Below are positions 9,423-18,990 of a stretch of 53,606 nt of DNA, piece after piece (within the stretch, counting starts at the first letter, position 1; the number at the start of each line of letters is the position of its first letter). The translations under genes and the position numbers were made by a program. A model generated the notes under the pieces. The model ran no database searches. It saw nothing but the letters and a program-made list of their open reading frames with translations, and was not told where the DNA came from. This stretch comes from Actinomycetota bacterium (GTDB lineage: Bacteria > Actinomycetota > Acidimicrobiia > Acidimicrobiales > MedAcidi-G1): the NCBI GenBank assembly GCA_036123635.1, contig JAZADL010000095.1, forward strand, positions 1 through 53,606. The letters are read 5' to 3'.

Positions 9423-9749
9423 ATGCCGCACTACCTGATCCAAGCTTCTTACACAGCGGACGGCGCCCAGGGGCTGTTGGCCGAGGGGGGAACCTCTCGT
9501 GTTGCCGAGGCCACTGGGCTGATCGAGGCCCTTGGTGGCACGGTTGAGTGCCTCTACTTTGTCTGGGGAACCGACGACATCATCGGGATAACCGAGATGC
9601 CCGACGATGCTTCGGCAGCCGCTACAAGCCTGGCCGTGTCGGCCAGCGGCAAGGTGGGGGTTCGGATGACGCCCCTTCTTTCTCCAGGCGAGATCGACGC
9701 CGCAGCCGAGAAGGCAGGAGAGTTGTCTTATCGACCTCCGGGCGGCTGA
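9423..9749 (+). CDS. GYD-domain protein
   Basis: 108 aa. MPHYLIQASYTADGAQGLLAEGG... with the GTDDIIGITEMPDD segment typical of the GYD family. Confidence 0.75.
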   Translation: MPHYLIQASYTADGAQGLLAEGGTSRVAEATGLIEALGGTVECLYFVWGTDDIIGITEMPDDASAAATSLAVSASGKVGVRMTPLLSPGEIDAAAEKAGELSYRPPGG

Positions 9750-9842
9750 ATCACCGAAAGCGAGTTGCGGCTAGCCACTACCGGCTGAATTGTCAGGACA
9801 GTCATCGATGTCGACCAATCCGGTCAACCGGCAGTAACCGGA

Positions 9843-10754
9843 TCAGGGAGCGAGACGGTTTCGGTCGACTTCTAAGCGCAGCACATCTGGCCGGCCGTAA
9901 TGGCCAACAGGGTCAAAGTTCTGTCGGTGGCGGCGGACCTCAACCAAGTCCAAGTCGGCCCACACGATGCCCTGCTCGTCGTGGACCGGCTCAACAATCC
10001 ATTCCCCATCGGGCCCGGCAATGCAAGTCCCGCCGTTGTGGTACCGCTCACCGTCTGGCAACTGGTTCTTCAGCGGGAAATCGCTCGGCAGGTCCTCGGA
10101 GCAGTAGGGGGCGCCGACGCTGACCACGAACAGCCTGCCCTCCCGGGCGATGAAGCGGGTGATGTCTTGGGTTAAGCCGACCGAGCCTGGCCAGGCCGCA
10201 ACGTGGACCTCCGAACCGGTGCCGTACATGGCTGTCCGAGCGAGCGGCATCCAGTTCTCCCAACAGTTCAGGCCGGTGACCGTGGCACCCCGGTGCCGGT
10301 GGGCTACGAGGCCTGCACCATCACCGTCGGCCCACACCAGCCGCTCACCGTAGGTGGGCTTCAGCTTCCGATGGACCCCAACTACCCCCTCAGCAGGGTC
10401 GATGGCCACTAGCGAGCAGTAGACGGACCCCCCCGACTTCGAGCGTTCCACTATGCCTACATAAGCAAAGGCATCGGCATCCCGGACGGCTTCCACCACG
10501 GCGGTGAACTCGGGGCCGGCTACTTCCACGGCTTGGTCTACATAGCGGGCGTAGGCCTCCTGTTGGTCAGGGTCCTCCCAGGCCGAAGCATTCGTCCGAT
10601 CGATCCAGACCGGATAGCCAGGAACGAAGACCTCCGGGAAGGCCACCAGGTCGGCACCCCCGGCAGCCGCCTCAGCGATCCGGTCCACGACTAGGCCGAT
10701 AGTGGCCGATCGATCAAGGAAAGCAGGAGATACCTGTACAGCAGCTACACGCAC
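9843..10754 (-). CDS. nitrilase / carbon-nitrogen hydrolase
   Basis: 303 aa. Glu motif VAFPEVFVPGYP, Lys region HRKLKPT, catalytic Cys motif LNCWENWMP. Confidence 0.9.
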   Translation of the reverse strand: MRVAAVQVSPAFLDRSATIGLVVDRIAEAAAGGADLVAFPEVFVPGYPVWIDRTNASAWEDPDQQEAYARYVDQAVEVAGPEFTAVVEAVRDADAFAYVGIVERSKSGGSVYCSLVAIDPAEGVVGVHRKLKPTYGERLVWADGDGAGLVAHRHRGATVTGLNCWENWMPLARTAMYGTGSEVHVAAWPGSVGLTQDITRFIAREGRLFVVSVGAPYCSEDLPSDFPLKNQLPDGERYHNGGTCIAGPDGEWIVEPVHDEQGIVWADLDLVEVRRHRQNFDPVGHYGRPDVLRLEVDRNRLAP

Positions 10755-10797
10755 ACGCCCAGTCTGCGACAGGAGGCACCCGTGATGCCTTGTCGGG

Positions 10798-12306
10798 CTA
10801 GCGGGCGTCGACGAATTCCCGATTGGGAGCGGAGAACTCCATGACGTCGTCGACGATGGCGTCTCGGCGGATCATCTTCACATCCCGGCTGTAGTCCTGG
10901 GTGTGCAGCCACGGGGCACGATCTCCCTGACGAGGAAGGAGATGCAAGGAACGTTTCATGTACCCGGCCGGGAAGCCATCGATCCAGGGGCGTTGCGGCA
11001 TGTCAAGGTCCGACGGGCGTAACCGAGGCGTGCAGGTGACGGCCCCCACATCGGCCATGTGGCTGAGGAGTCGACACACGTACTCTGCCGTCAGGTCAGC
11101 CTTCAGAGTCCACGAGGCATTGACGTATCCGAAAGTAGACACGAGATTCGGAACGTCGGAGTAGGCGAGCCCCTTGTAGGTCCACGTGCGGGCGAAGTCG
11201 ACTAGTTCACCGTCGACTTCAAAGTCGATCTCACCCAGGGTGACCAAGTTCAGGCCAGTGGCTGTCACGATGATGTCGGCCTCTAACTCCCCGCCGGACC
11301 GCAGCCGGACGCCTGCCTCGGTGAACGTGTCGATCTCCTCAGTGACCACAGAGGCACTTCCCGACCGGATGGACTGGAACAAGTCTCCGTCCGGGAGGAG
11401 GCACAGTCGCTGGTCCCACGGGTTGTAAGACGGGGTGAAATGGGTGGCTACGTCGTAGTCGGGACCAAGGGCCTGTCGGACACCACCAAGCAAGAGACGC
11501 TTGATTTTGTCGGGATCGGTTCGGGTCTTCCGGTAGACGAGGCCTTGCCGGAAGACGTTCTTGCGTCTGGTCAGGGCGTAGGCCCACTTCTCGGGGAGGA
11601 TCCGCCGCAACCGGTTAGCGAAGAGGTCGCGCGATGGACGAGCCACTACATAGGTGGGAGACCGCTGCAGCATCGTGACGTGGGCCGCCTGTTCGGCCAT
11701 GGCCGGTACGAGCGTCATGGCTGTCGCTCCGGACCCAATGACTAGAACGCGCTTGTCTGTGTAGTCGAGGTCCTCGGGCCAGGCCTGGGGGTGGACAATC
11801 TGACCGCCGAATAGATCTCGACCCGGAAAGGTTGGGGTGTAACCCTCGCGGTAGCTGTAGTACCCGGAGCACATGAACAGGAACCCGCAGGTCAGCGTTG
11901 TGGTCTGGCCAGAGGCGGCAAGCGTGGCGGTGACCGTCCAACGTGCCGAGTCGCTCGACCACTCGGCACGCGATACGAGGTGGCCGAAACGGATGTGACG
12001 CTCCAAGTCCTGTTCGGCCACCGTCTCGCGGAGGTAGTCCATGATGGCGGGGCCTCCGGCGATTGACCGGGCGTCTTTCCAGGGCTTAAAGCTGAAGCCG
12101 AGAGTGTGCATGTCGGAGTCCGATCGAACGCCGGGATAGCGGAAAAGGTCCCAGGTTCCACCAATGTCATCGCGTCCCTCCAGGATGGTGAACGACACCC
12201 ACGGGCACTTGTTTTGAAGGTGGTAGCCGGCGCCGATCCCAGAGATTCCAGCGCCGACAACCAGAACGTCGACATGCTCGGGGCTGGTGGAGAGCGGACC
12301 GGACAT
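10798..12306 (-). CDS. FAD-dependent Baeyer-Villiger/flavin-containing monooxygenase, EthA-like
   Basis: 502 aa. FAD fold VLVVGAGISGIGAG, GGTWDLFRYPGVRSDSDMHTLGFSF, second Rossmann VLVIGSGATA. Colinear by eye with the mycobacterial EthA layout. Confidence 0.9.
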   Translation of the reverse strand: MSGPLSTSPEHVDVLVVGAGISGIGAGYHLQNKCPWVSFTILEGRDDIGGTWDLFRYPGVRSDSDMHTLGFSFKPWKDARSIAGGPAIMDYLRETVAEQDLERHIRFGHLVSRAEWSSDSARWTVTATLAASGQTTTLTCGFLFMCSGYYSYREGYTPTFPGRDLFGGQIVHPQAWPEDLDYTDKRVLVIGSGATAMTLVPAMAEQAAHVTMLQRSPTYVVARPSRDLFANRLRRILPEKWAYALTRRKNVFRQGLVYRKTRTDPDKIKRLLLGGVRQALGPDYDVATHFTPSYNPWDQRLCLLPDGDLFQSIRSGSASVVTEEIDTFTEAGVRLRSGGELEADIIVTATGLNLVTLGEIDFEVDGELVDFARTWTYKGLAYSDVPNLVSTFGYVNASWTLKADLTAEYVCRLLSHMADVGAVTCTPRLRPSDLDMPQRPWIDGFPAGYMKRSLHLLPRQGDRAPWLHTQDYSRDVKMIRRDAIVDDVMEFSAPNREFVDAR

Positions 12307-12443
12307 CGGTGGGACCCTAGGGACGGGCAGCGAAGGGAGCCAATCCCCGGTATTGACCCGACGTGGTGACCGGCCGATCCGGGGAGATTCCTACTGGTCT
12401 CGGCTCCGTCAGCTGCCGGTGGCGGCTCGTAGGCTCGACGGAA

Positions 12444-13376
12444 ATGGACCGCTGGACCACGACGCTCCCCTCAGAGCTCCGCCTGACCCACCTCCGCCAA
12501 CTTGAGGCCGAGGGGATCCACATCCTCCGCGAGGTAGTGGCCCAGTTTGAGCGGCCAGTAATGCTCTACTCCATCGGTAAGGACTCGTCGGTCCTGCTAC
12601 ACCTGGCCCGCAAGGCGTTCTACCCGGGAAGGATCCCGTTCCCGCTCCTCCACGTCGACACCACGTGGAAGTTCCGAGAGATGATCGCTTTTCGGGACCG
12701 CATGGCCGACGAGGTCGGCTTCGACCTGGTCGTTCACTCCAATCCTGATGGGGTGGAACGGGGGATCAACCCGTTCGATCACGGCTCGAAGAATTACACC
12801 GACATCATGAAAACCCAAGCCCTTCGACAGGCCTTGGAAGCCGGCAGGTACGACGCCGCGTTTGGCGGGGCTCGCCGGGACGAGGAGAGGTCCCGGGCCA
12901 AAGAGCGGGTTTTTAGCTTTCGGGATCGTAACCACCGATGGGATCCGAAGAACCAACGACCCGAACTCTGGAATCTTTACAACGGACGGGTTGACCGCGG
13001 TGAGAGCATCCGGGTCTTTCCGATCAGCAACTGGACCGAACTCGATGTGTGGCAGTACATCCACCTCGAAGAGATTCCCATCGTGCCGTTGTACCGGGCA
13101 GCTGTTCGACCAGTCGTAGAGCGGGACGGGACCCTCATCATGGTCGACGACGACCGCTTCCGGTTCACCGATGGGGAGAAGCCCCAAATGAGGTCTGTGC
13201 GGTTCCGGACCTTGGGCTGTTACCCGCTGTCCGGGGCGGTTGAGTCGACAGCGAGCACGTTGCCCAAGATCATCCAAGAGATGCTCCTGGCCACCCGATC
13301 CGAACGCGAGGGACGGGTCATAGACCATGACCAGGTTGGCTCCATGGAGGAGAAAAAGCGAGAGGGGTACTTCTAA
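12444..13376 (+). CDS. cysD: sulfate adenylyltransferase subunit 2
   Basis: ORF 12363..13376. ATG at 12444 gives [31 protein letters not shown].... PAPS-reductase-fold motif [14 protein letters not shown]-terminal [10 protein letters not shown]...[10 protein letters not shown] is typical of CysD. Confidence 0.93.
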   Translation: MDRWTTTLPSELRLTHLRQLEAEGIHILREVVAQFERPVMLYSIGKDSSVLLHLARKAFYPGRIPFPLLHVDTTWKFREMIAFRDRMADEVGFDLVVHSNPDGVERGINPFDHGSKNYTDIMKTQALRQALEAGRYDAAFGGARRDEERSRAKERVFSFRDRNHRWDPKNQRPELWNLYNGRVDRGESIRVFPISNWTELDVWQYIHLEEIPIVPLYRAAVRPVVERDGTLIMVDDDRFRFTDGEKPQMRSVRFRTLGCYPLSGAVESTASTLPKIIQEMLLATRSEREGRVIDHDQVGSMEEKKREGYF

Positions 13377-15295
13377 TGCCCCACGATTCGGACCTCATCA
13401 CTGCCGATATCGACGCCTACCTGGCTGAACACGAGAAGAAGGACCTTCTACGCCTTCTGACTTGTGGAAGTGTCGACGACGGCAAGTCGACCCTCATTGG
13501 CCGCCTCCTACACGATTCCCAGTTGATTTACGAAGACCAGATGGCCGACCTTGAGGCCGACTCGGCAACTATGGGATCGACCGGCGAGCGTGTCGACCTG
13601 GCGTTACTAATGGACGGTCTGAAGGCTGAACGCGAGCAGGGCATCACCATCGATGTCGCCTACCGGTACTTCTCTACGTCACGCCGAAAGTTCATCATCG
13701 CCGATACCCCTGGTCATGAGCAGTACACGCGAAACATGGTCACCGGAGCGTCGACCTGCCAGCTGGCCGTGGTCCTTGTCGACGCCCGACACGGCGTGGT
13801 CGAACAGACCCGGCGACACAGCTTTATTGTCAGCCTGCTGGGTATCCGAGACGTGGTGGTAGCTGTCAACAAGATGGACCTAGTGGGCTGGTCGGAAGGG
13901 GCCTTTGGTGACATCCGAGGCAGATACCAGGAGTTTGCCACCGACCTCGAGCTAGCCGACCCGTACTTCTTGCCAATGTCGGCCCTCCTGGGCGACAACG
14001 TGGTCGACACTGGCCACAACCTCAGCTGGTTCGACGGGCCTCCCCTGATGGAGTACCTCGAGACCGTTGACGTGGCCACTGACGTGGACCTGGACCACCT
14101 ACGCCTCCCGGTCCAGATGGTCCTACGCCCCGACCAGGACTTTCGTGGTTTCGCCGGGACCGTGGCCTCCGGAGTGGTCCGTCCAGGCGACGAGATCGTG
14201 GCCCTGCCGTCAGGAGTGCGTTCCACAGTGGAGCGAATTGTGACCTTCGACGGGGACCTTGAGGTGGCCGGCCCAGGACGGGCCGTGACGGTAACCCTGG
14301 CTGATGAGATCGACGTGAGCCGTGGCGACCTCCTGGTGGGCGGTGACGCTCTACCAAACCAGGCACACGAGATCGACGCCACCGTTGTGTGGATGGACAA
14401 CGAACCAATGAAACCCGGCCGGCAGTACCTCCTGCGGTCGGCCACCGGTCAGACCAATGCGTCGGTGACTTCCATTCGTCATCAGGTCGACATCAAAACA
14501 CTGGCCAAGCAGCCGGCAGCGGCCCTCGAGCTGAATGACATCGCCCGGTGCGCCATCAGCACCGATCGAGAACTCCTGTTTGACCCGTACAACATGAACC
14601 GGCAGACAGGGTCGTTCGTACTGGTGGATCGTCTACGCAATGCCACGGTGGGCGCCGGAATGGTCATTGAGGCTTCCTCCGGATGGGATCGAGAGCCCGA
14701 CGCTGGCCTTGTTCGCCACGCTTCAGAAATCTCCCCGGACGAGCGGTCGGCTCGCTTCGGCCAGCACCCCTGCACCGTCCTGCTGACAGGGCTCACAGCA
14801 GCCGGGAAGTCGACCATTGCCACCAGCTTGGAACGGCGACTCTTCGACCAGGGGAGGGCCACCATCCGTCTGGACGGTGAAAACGTGCGCCTCGGCATCA
14901 GCCGAGATCTCGGATTCAGCGCACAAGAACGCTCGGAGAACCTTCGCCGAGTAGCCGAAGTCGCCCGCCTGGTCAACAATCAGGGCCTCATCGCAGTAGC
15001 GGCCCTAGTCGCGCCCAAGGAGGACGTCCGGGCCCGGGCCCGGAACCTCGTCGGACCCGATCGGTTTGTTGAAGTATTCGTGGATACCCCACTCGAAGTC
15101 TGCCGGCAACGTGATCCCCATGGTCTGTACGAAGCTGCCGAGAGGGGCGAAATCCCAAAGTTCCCCGGCGTATCGGCCTCCTATGACCAGCCCACCGATA
15201 TGGACCTCCGGGTCGACACCTCAGCCCAAAGCGTGGACGAATGCGTAGACGCCATCCTGAGCCTGCTGGACGAACGGGGGTTTCTCCGTGGATGA
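13376..15295 (+). CDS. cysNC: bifunctional sulfate adenylyltransferase subunit 1 (GTPase) / APS-kinase-like domain
   Basis: 639 aa. GTPase motifs GSVDDGKST, DTPGH, NKMD. C-terminal ~185 aa APS-kinase fold with P-loop GLTAAGKST. Start overlaps the cysD stop (TAATG). Confidence 0.93.
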   Translation: MPHDSDLITADIDAYLAEHEKKDLLRLLTCGSVDDGKSTLIGRLLHDSQLIYEDQMADLEADSATMGSTGERVDLALLMDGLKAEREQGITIDVAYRYFSTSRRKFIIADTPGHEQYTRNMVTGASTCQLAVVLVDARHGVVEQTRRHSFIVSLLGIRDVVVAVNKMDLVGWSEGAFGDIRGRYQEFATDLELADPYFLPMSALLGDNVVDTGHNLSWFDGPPLMEYLETVDVATDVDLDHLRLPVQMVLRPDQDFRGFAGTVASGVVRPGDEIVALPSGVRSTVERIVTFDGDLEVAGPGRAVTVTLADEIDVSRGDLLVGGDALPNQAHEIDATVVWMDNEPMKPGRQYLLRSATGQTNASVTSIRHQVDIKTLAKQPAAALELNDIARCAISTDRELLFDPYNMNRQTGSFVLVDRLRNATVGAGMVIEASSGWDREPDAGLVRHASEISPDERSARFGQHPCTVLLTGLTAAGKSTIATSLERRLFDQGRATIRLDGENVRLGISRDLGFSAQERSENLRRVAEVARLVNNQGLIAVAALVAPKEDVRARARNLVGPDRFVEVFVDTPLEVCRQRDPHGLYEAAERGEIPKFPGVSASYDQPTDMDLRVDTSAQSVDECVDAILSLLDERGFLRG

Positions 15296-15875
15296 ACCCA
15301 CATCCAACAACATTGTCCGAGCCGAAGGGCTTGTGGGTTCCGTTGAGCGGCTTGCCGCCCTCGGCCAAGATGGCCATACGGTCTGGTTCACCGGGTTGTC
15401 TGGCTCAGGCAAGTCCACTCTGGCCTTCGCCTTGGAGGAGGCCCTCCTAGCCCAGGCAAGGGCGGCCTACGTTCTAGATGGCGACAATGTGCGCTTCGGG
15501 CTAAACCGCGACCTCGGTTTCTCCCCAGAGGACCGAACGGAAAATGTGCGGCGGATCGGCGAGGTTTGTCGACTCTTCCAGGACGCCGGACTCATTGTGC
15601 TCACGGCGTTTATCTCTCCCTACCGAATCGATCGGACCGCCGTCCGGGACCTCCACCCAGAAGGTGCCTTTACCGAGGTGTTCGTAGACACCCCGCTGGA
15701 GGTGTGCGAAGAACGGGACGTTAAAGGCCTGTACGCCCGAGCCCGAGCCGGGGAGATCACAGAGTTCAGTGGAATCTCGGCTCCGTACGAGCCGCCGGTG
15801 AACCCTGATGTTCGGATTGACACGTCCCGCCCACTGGAGGAATGCGTGGCCATCCTCCTCAACCACCTGACCTGA
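15288..15875 (+). CDS. cysC: adenylyl-sulfate (APS) kinase, stand-alone
   Basis: 195 aa. Canonical GLSGSGKST P-loop, LDGDNVR and AFISPY motifs. GTG start overlaps the cysNC stop by 8 nt. Confidence 0.9.
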   Translation: MDEPTSNNIVRAEGLVGSVERLAALGQDGHTVWFTGLSGSGKSTLAFALEEALLAQARAAYVLDGDNVRFGLNRDLGFSPEDRTENVRRIGEVCRLFQDAGLIVLTAFISPYRIDRTAVRDLHPEGAFTEVFVDTPLEVCEERDVKGLYARARAGEITEFSGISAPYEPPVNPDVRIDTSRPLEECVAILLNHLT

Positions 15876-16005
15876 CCTCGGTGAGATTCGTGTTGATCGA
15901 GTGGTTCGTCTCGCAGGAATTAGTGCAACTCGCCACCGGCTCGCCGTCGACTAGACCATCGAAGTGCAGGCGGCCGTTGGCCGCCCTGGAAGGACACCGA
16001 GGACC

Positions 16006-18039
16006 GTGACCGACCCGCTGCTGGAGCCGTTCGACCTAGGTGGCCTGCACCTACGCAACCGGGTGTTCTCCAGCAGCCACTCACCCGGTTACAACGTTGA
16101 CGGCACGCCCAGCGACCGGTACGTCCGATACCACGAGGAGAAAGCCAAGGGTGGCATCGGCCTGACAATGATCGGCGGATCGTCGAACGTGTCACGTGAT
16201 TCGGCGTCGCTCTGGGGTCAGCTGGACTTTGGGTCGGACTCCATCGTGACGCCCCTAGCGGGCATGGTGGACCGGATCCACGGACACGGCGCAGCAATCA
16301 TGTGTCAACTCACCCATATGGGACGACGGAACGTCTCCAACGACGGCGACTGGCTGCCGACTATTGCGCCGTCACCGGTCCGGGAACCCATGCACCGCTT
16401 TTGGCCTAAGGAGATGGAGCATTCCGATATCCGGCGAGTGGTGAACGATTTTGCGTCAGCCGCCCGCCGTGCGGCTGACGCCGGCTTGGACGGGATCGAA
16501 TTGCTGGCTACCAGTCACTTGCTGGACCAGTTCTGGACCCCGTTGGTGAATCAACGGACCGACGAGTATGGCGGAAACATGGCCAACCGTCTCCGATTTA
16601 CCTTCGAGGTTTTGGAGGCCATCCGAGAGTCGGTAGGGGACCGTTTTCTGGTGGGCTTACGGATGATCGGCGACGAGGACCTAGCGGGGGGCCTGGATCG
16701 GGACGAGTGCTGCGACATTGCGGTCACCCTTGCCTCCTCCGGCCTCCTGGACTTCCTGAACGTGGCCGGGCCGGCCCTTTCGACTGAGGCCGGGCTAGCC
16801 AGAGCTATCCCGCCAGCGGGCACGCCTCTCATGCCATACCTACCGGTAGCGGCGGCTATCAGAGAGGCCGTGGACTTGCCGATCCTGCACGCCACCCGGA
16901 TCACCGACGTGGCGTCAGCTCGACACGCCGTTGTTGAGGAGCTGGTCGATCTGGTCGGAATGACCCGGGCCCATCTCGCTGACCCGCATCTGGTAGCCAA
17001 ACTAGAACGGGGCGATGAGGACCGCATCAGAGTGTGTGTCGGCGCTGCCTACTGCATCAACCGTCTCCACCTGGGGTTGGACTCGGTTTGCGTTCAAAAC
17101 CCGGCCACCGGCCGGGAGGCCTCGGTTCCGCAGTTGGTGGTCCGATCAGAGGGGCCTCGCAAACGGGTGGTCGTGGTGGGGGCCGGACCCGGAGGTCTCG
17201 AGGCGGCTCGCACCTGCGCCGAGCGAGGACACGAGGTGGTGCTTTTCGAAGCTCAGGACCGCGTAGGCGGGCAGATGGCCTTGGCCGCCCGGGCTGGAGA
17301 GCGCCAACGGGAGGTAGCCGGCCTAGTCGACTGGTTGGAGGCCGAGGTCGCCCATGCCGGTGTTGACCTCCGCCTATCGACTCCCGTCGGGCCGGACGAG
17401 GTACTAGCCGAGAGAGCGGACGTCGTCGTGGTAGCCACCGGCGGGTGGCCCGACACGTCATACCTAGAGGAAGGGGAGAACCTCGCCTACACCTCCTGGG
17501 ACGTATTAGCAGGTCGGGCCCGACCGACCGGCCGTGTACTGATCTACGACGACCACGGTGCCGAGCCGGGACTGGCCGTAGTGGAGTATCTGGCTGGCCG
17601 GGACCTGACGACACTTGAAGTGGTGACCCCGGACCGCCACGTTGGTCTCGATCTGGCCACCCCTCTCGGTCCGACCTATCTCCGGATGCTCTACGGCCAC
17701 GGAGTACTTCTAACCCCTGACCATCGGCTGACCCGGATAAAGCAAGTTTCCGGTGGCCTACAGGTCACGTTGTGCAACGAGTACACGCGAGACGAGGTGT
17801 CCCGGGAGGTGGATGCCGTGGTGGTTGAACACGGCGTAGTTCCCAACGCGACCCTTTACGAGGCCCTCCGCTCCAGATCAGCGAACGAAGGTGTCGTGGA
17901 CCTTGACGCCCTGTTGGCCGGCGAACCACAGCCTGTTCCCGCCAGTGGCTATGCGCTGTATCGGGTAGGCGATGCAGTGGCCAGCCGCGACGTCGCTTCA
18001 GCCCTCCTCGACGCCCGCCGCCTCCTCCAGACCCTTTGA
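16006..18039 (+). CDS. two-domain NADH:flavin oxidoreductase (OYE-like FMN domain plus FAD/NAD(P) reductase domain; 2,4-dienoyl-CoA reductase / amine-demethylase family)
   Basis: ORF 15964..18039, with a likely GTG start at 16006. TIM-barrel OYE motifs (LRNRVFSSSH, QLTHMGR), a central Cys-containing linker CVGAAYCINRLHLGLDSVCVQNP, then Rossmann VVVVGAGPGGLEAA. Confidence 0.85.
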   Translation: MTDPLLEPFDLGGLHLRNRVFSSSHSPGYNVDGTPSDRYVRYHEEKAKGGIGLTMIGGSSNVSRDSASLWGQLDFGSDSIVTPLAGMVDRIHGHGAAIMCQLTHMGRRNVSNDGDWLPTIAPSPVREPMHRFWPKEMEHSDIRRVVNDFASAARRAADAGLDGIELLATSHLLDQFWTPLVNQRTDEYGGNMANRLRFTFEVLEAIRESVGDRFLVGLRMIGDEDLAGGLDRDECCDIAVTLASSGLLDFLNVAGPALSTEAGLARAIPPAGTPLMPYLPVAAAIREAVDLPILHATRITDVASARHAVVEELVDLVGMTRAHLADPHLVAKLERGDEDRIRVCVGAAYCINRLHLGLDSVCVQNPATGREASVPQLVVRSEGPRKRVVVVGAGPGGLEAARTCAERGHEVVLFEAQDRVGGQMALAARAGERQREVAGLVDWLEAEVAHAGVDLRLSTPVGPDEVLAERADVVVVATGGWPDTSYLEEGENLAYTSWDVLAGRARPTGRVLIYDDHGAEPGLAVVEYLAGRDLTTLEVVTPDRHVGLDLATPLGPTYLRMLYGHGVLLTPDHRLTRIKQVSGGLQVTLCNEYTRDEVSREVDAVVVEHGVVPNATLYEALRSRSANEGVVDLDALLAGEPQPVPASGYALYRVGDAVASRDVASALLDARRLLQTL

Positions 18040-18085
18040 ATCACGACGGTTGTCGATCGCAGGACATTCCGTCCAGGTCCGAACC

Positions 18086-18973
18086 GTGACAGGATCCGCA
18101 GCCGTGGAAGCGCTATCCGACGAACAAGTGGAGACGTTCTGGCGGGAAGGGTACGTCCTCCTGTCCGAGGCCGTACTTGCCGAAGACTTAGCCGCTCTCC
18201 AAAAGGCTGTGGCCGGCTGGATAGAGGAGAGCCGGGGCCACGCCGGCCCTTGGGGCACCACAATGGATGGGCGGCCGCGTTTCGACGTAGAACCGCACCA
18301 CAGTGCCGAACAGCCCGCCCTGCGCCGGGTGGCCTCACCTCAAGAGGTCTGCGAAACCCATCTACGAGTAATGCGCGACAGCCCGATGGTCGACGCGGCC
18401 GCACAACTAGTGGGCCCCAACCTGGCCGTCAACAATGTGAAGTTGAATGCCAAACAGCCCGGTGCCGGCACAAAGGTTCGTTTCCATCAGGACTTCGCCT
18501 ATGAGGCGCACTCCAACGACGACATGCTTGCCGTGTTGCTCTTCGTTGATGACGTAACGCCGGAAAACGGTCCCCCGGAGATGGTGCCAGGCAGCCATAC
18601 CGGACCGATATACGACCACTGGCACGACGGGGTGTTTACCGGAAGCATCGACGACGAGGTCCTAGGCGACCTAGCACGCCCCGTGCCGTGTTACGGCCCA
18701 GCTGGCACGGCATGCCTGATGCACACTCGACTGGTACACGGTTCGGCCCCCAACCTGAGCGACCGGCCAAGGACGCTCTCGATCTTCAGCTATCGGTCCG
18801 AGGACAGCCACATACTGCACCCAAACCACCTCCCAAGCGTTCACGACGGCGAAGTCGTCCGAGGACGGTTCACGGGCCGGATCCGGAGCGTGGCCTACGA
18901 GATGGCTCTGGCCGAGATGCCAACTGGGGCGTCGTTCTTTGAACAGCAGGCACAAGAGGAGGGTGAGCACTGA
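18086..18973 (+). CDS. phytanoyl-CoA dioxygenase (PhyH)-family Fe(II)/2-oxoglutarate oxygenase
   Basis: ORF 17972..18973. The in-frame GTG at 18086 avoids overlap with the upstream gene. Facial-triad context FHQDFAY (HxD) and LVHGSAPN. Confidence 0.8.
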   Translation: MTGSAAVEALSDEQVETFWREGYVLLSEAVLAEDLAALQKAVAGWIEESRGHAGPWGTTMDGRPRFDVEPHHSAEQPALRRVASPQEVCETHLRVMRDSPMVDAAAQLVGPNLAVNNVKLNAKQPGAGTKVRFHQDFAYEAHSNDDMLAVLLFVDDVTPENGPPEMVPGSHTGPIYDHWHDGVFTGSIDDEVLGDLARPVPCYGPAGTACLMHTRLVHGSAPNLSDRPRTLSIFSYRSEDSHILHPNHLPSVHDGEVVRGRFTGRIRSVAYEMALAEMPTGASFFEQQAQEEGEH

Positions 18974-18990
18974 AACCTGATCTGGAGGCT

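Noticed and set aside
9548-10123. ORF 9548..10123 (191 aa), and similar ORFs such as 13714..14445, 17057..17614, 41779..42489 and 12597..13328
   Set aside because: These are Arg/Pro/Ser-rich off-frame or antisense products overlapping confidently identified genes (GYD/nitrilase, cysNC, flavoprotein, thioesterase, cysD).
12353-12358. TTGACC hexamer upstream of cysD as a -35 promoter element
   Set aside because: There is no acceptable TAnnnT -10 element at 16-19 nt spacing, so the promoter cannot be supported from sequence alone.
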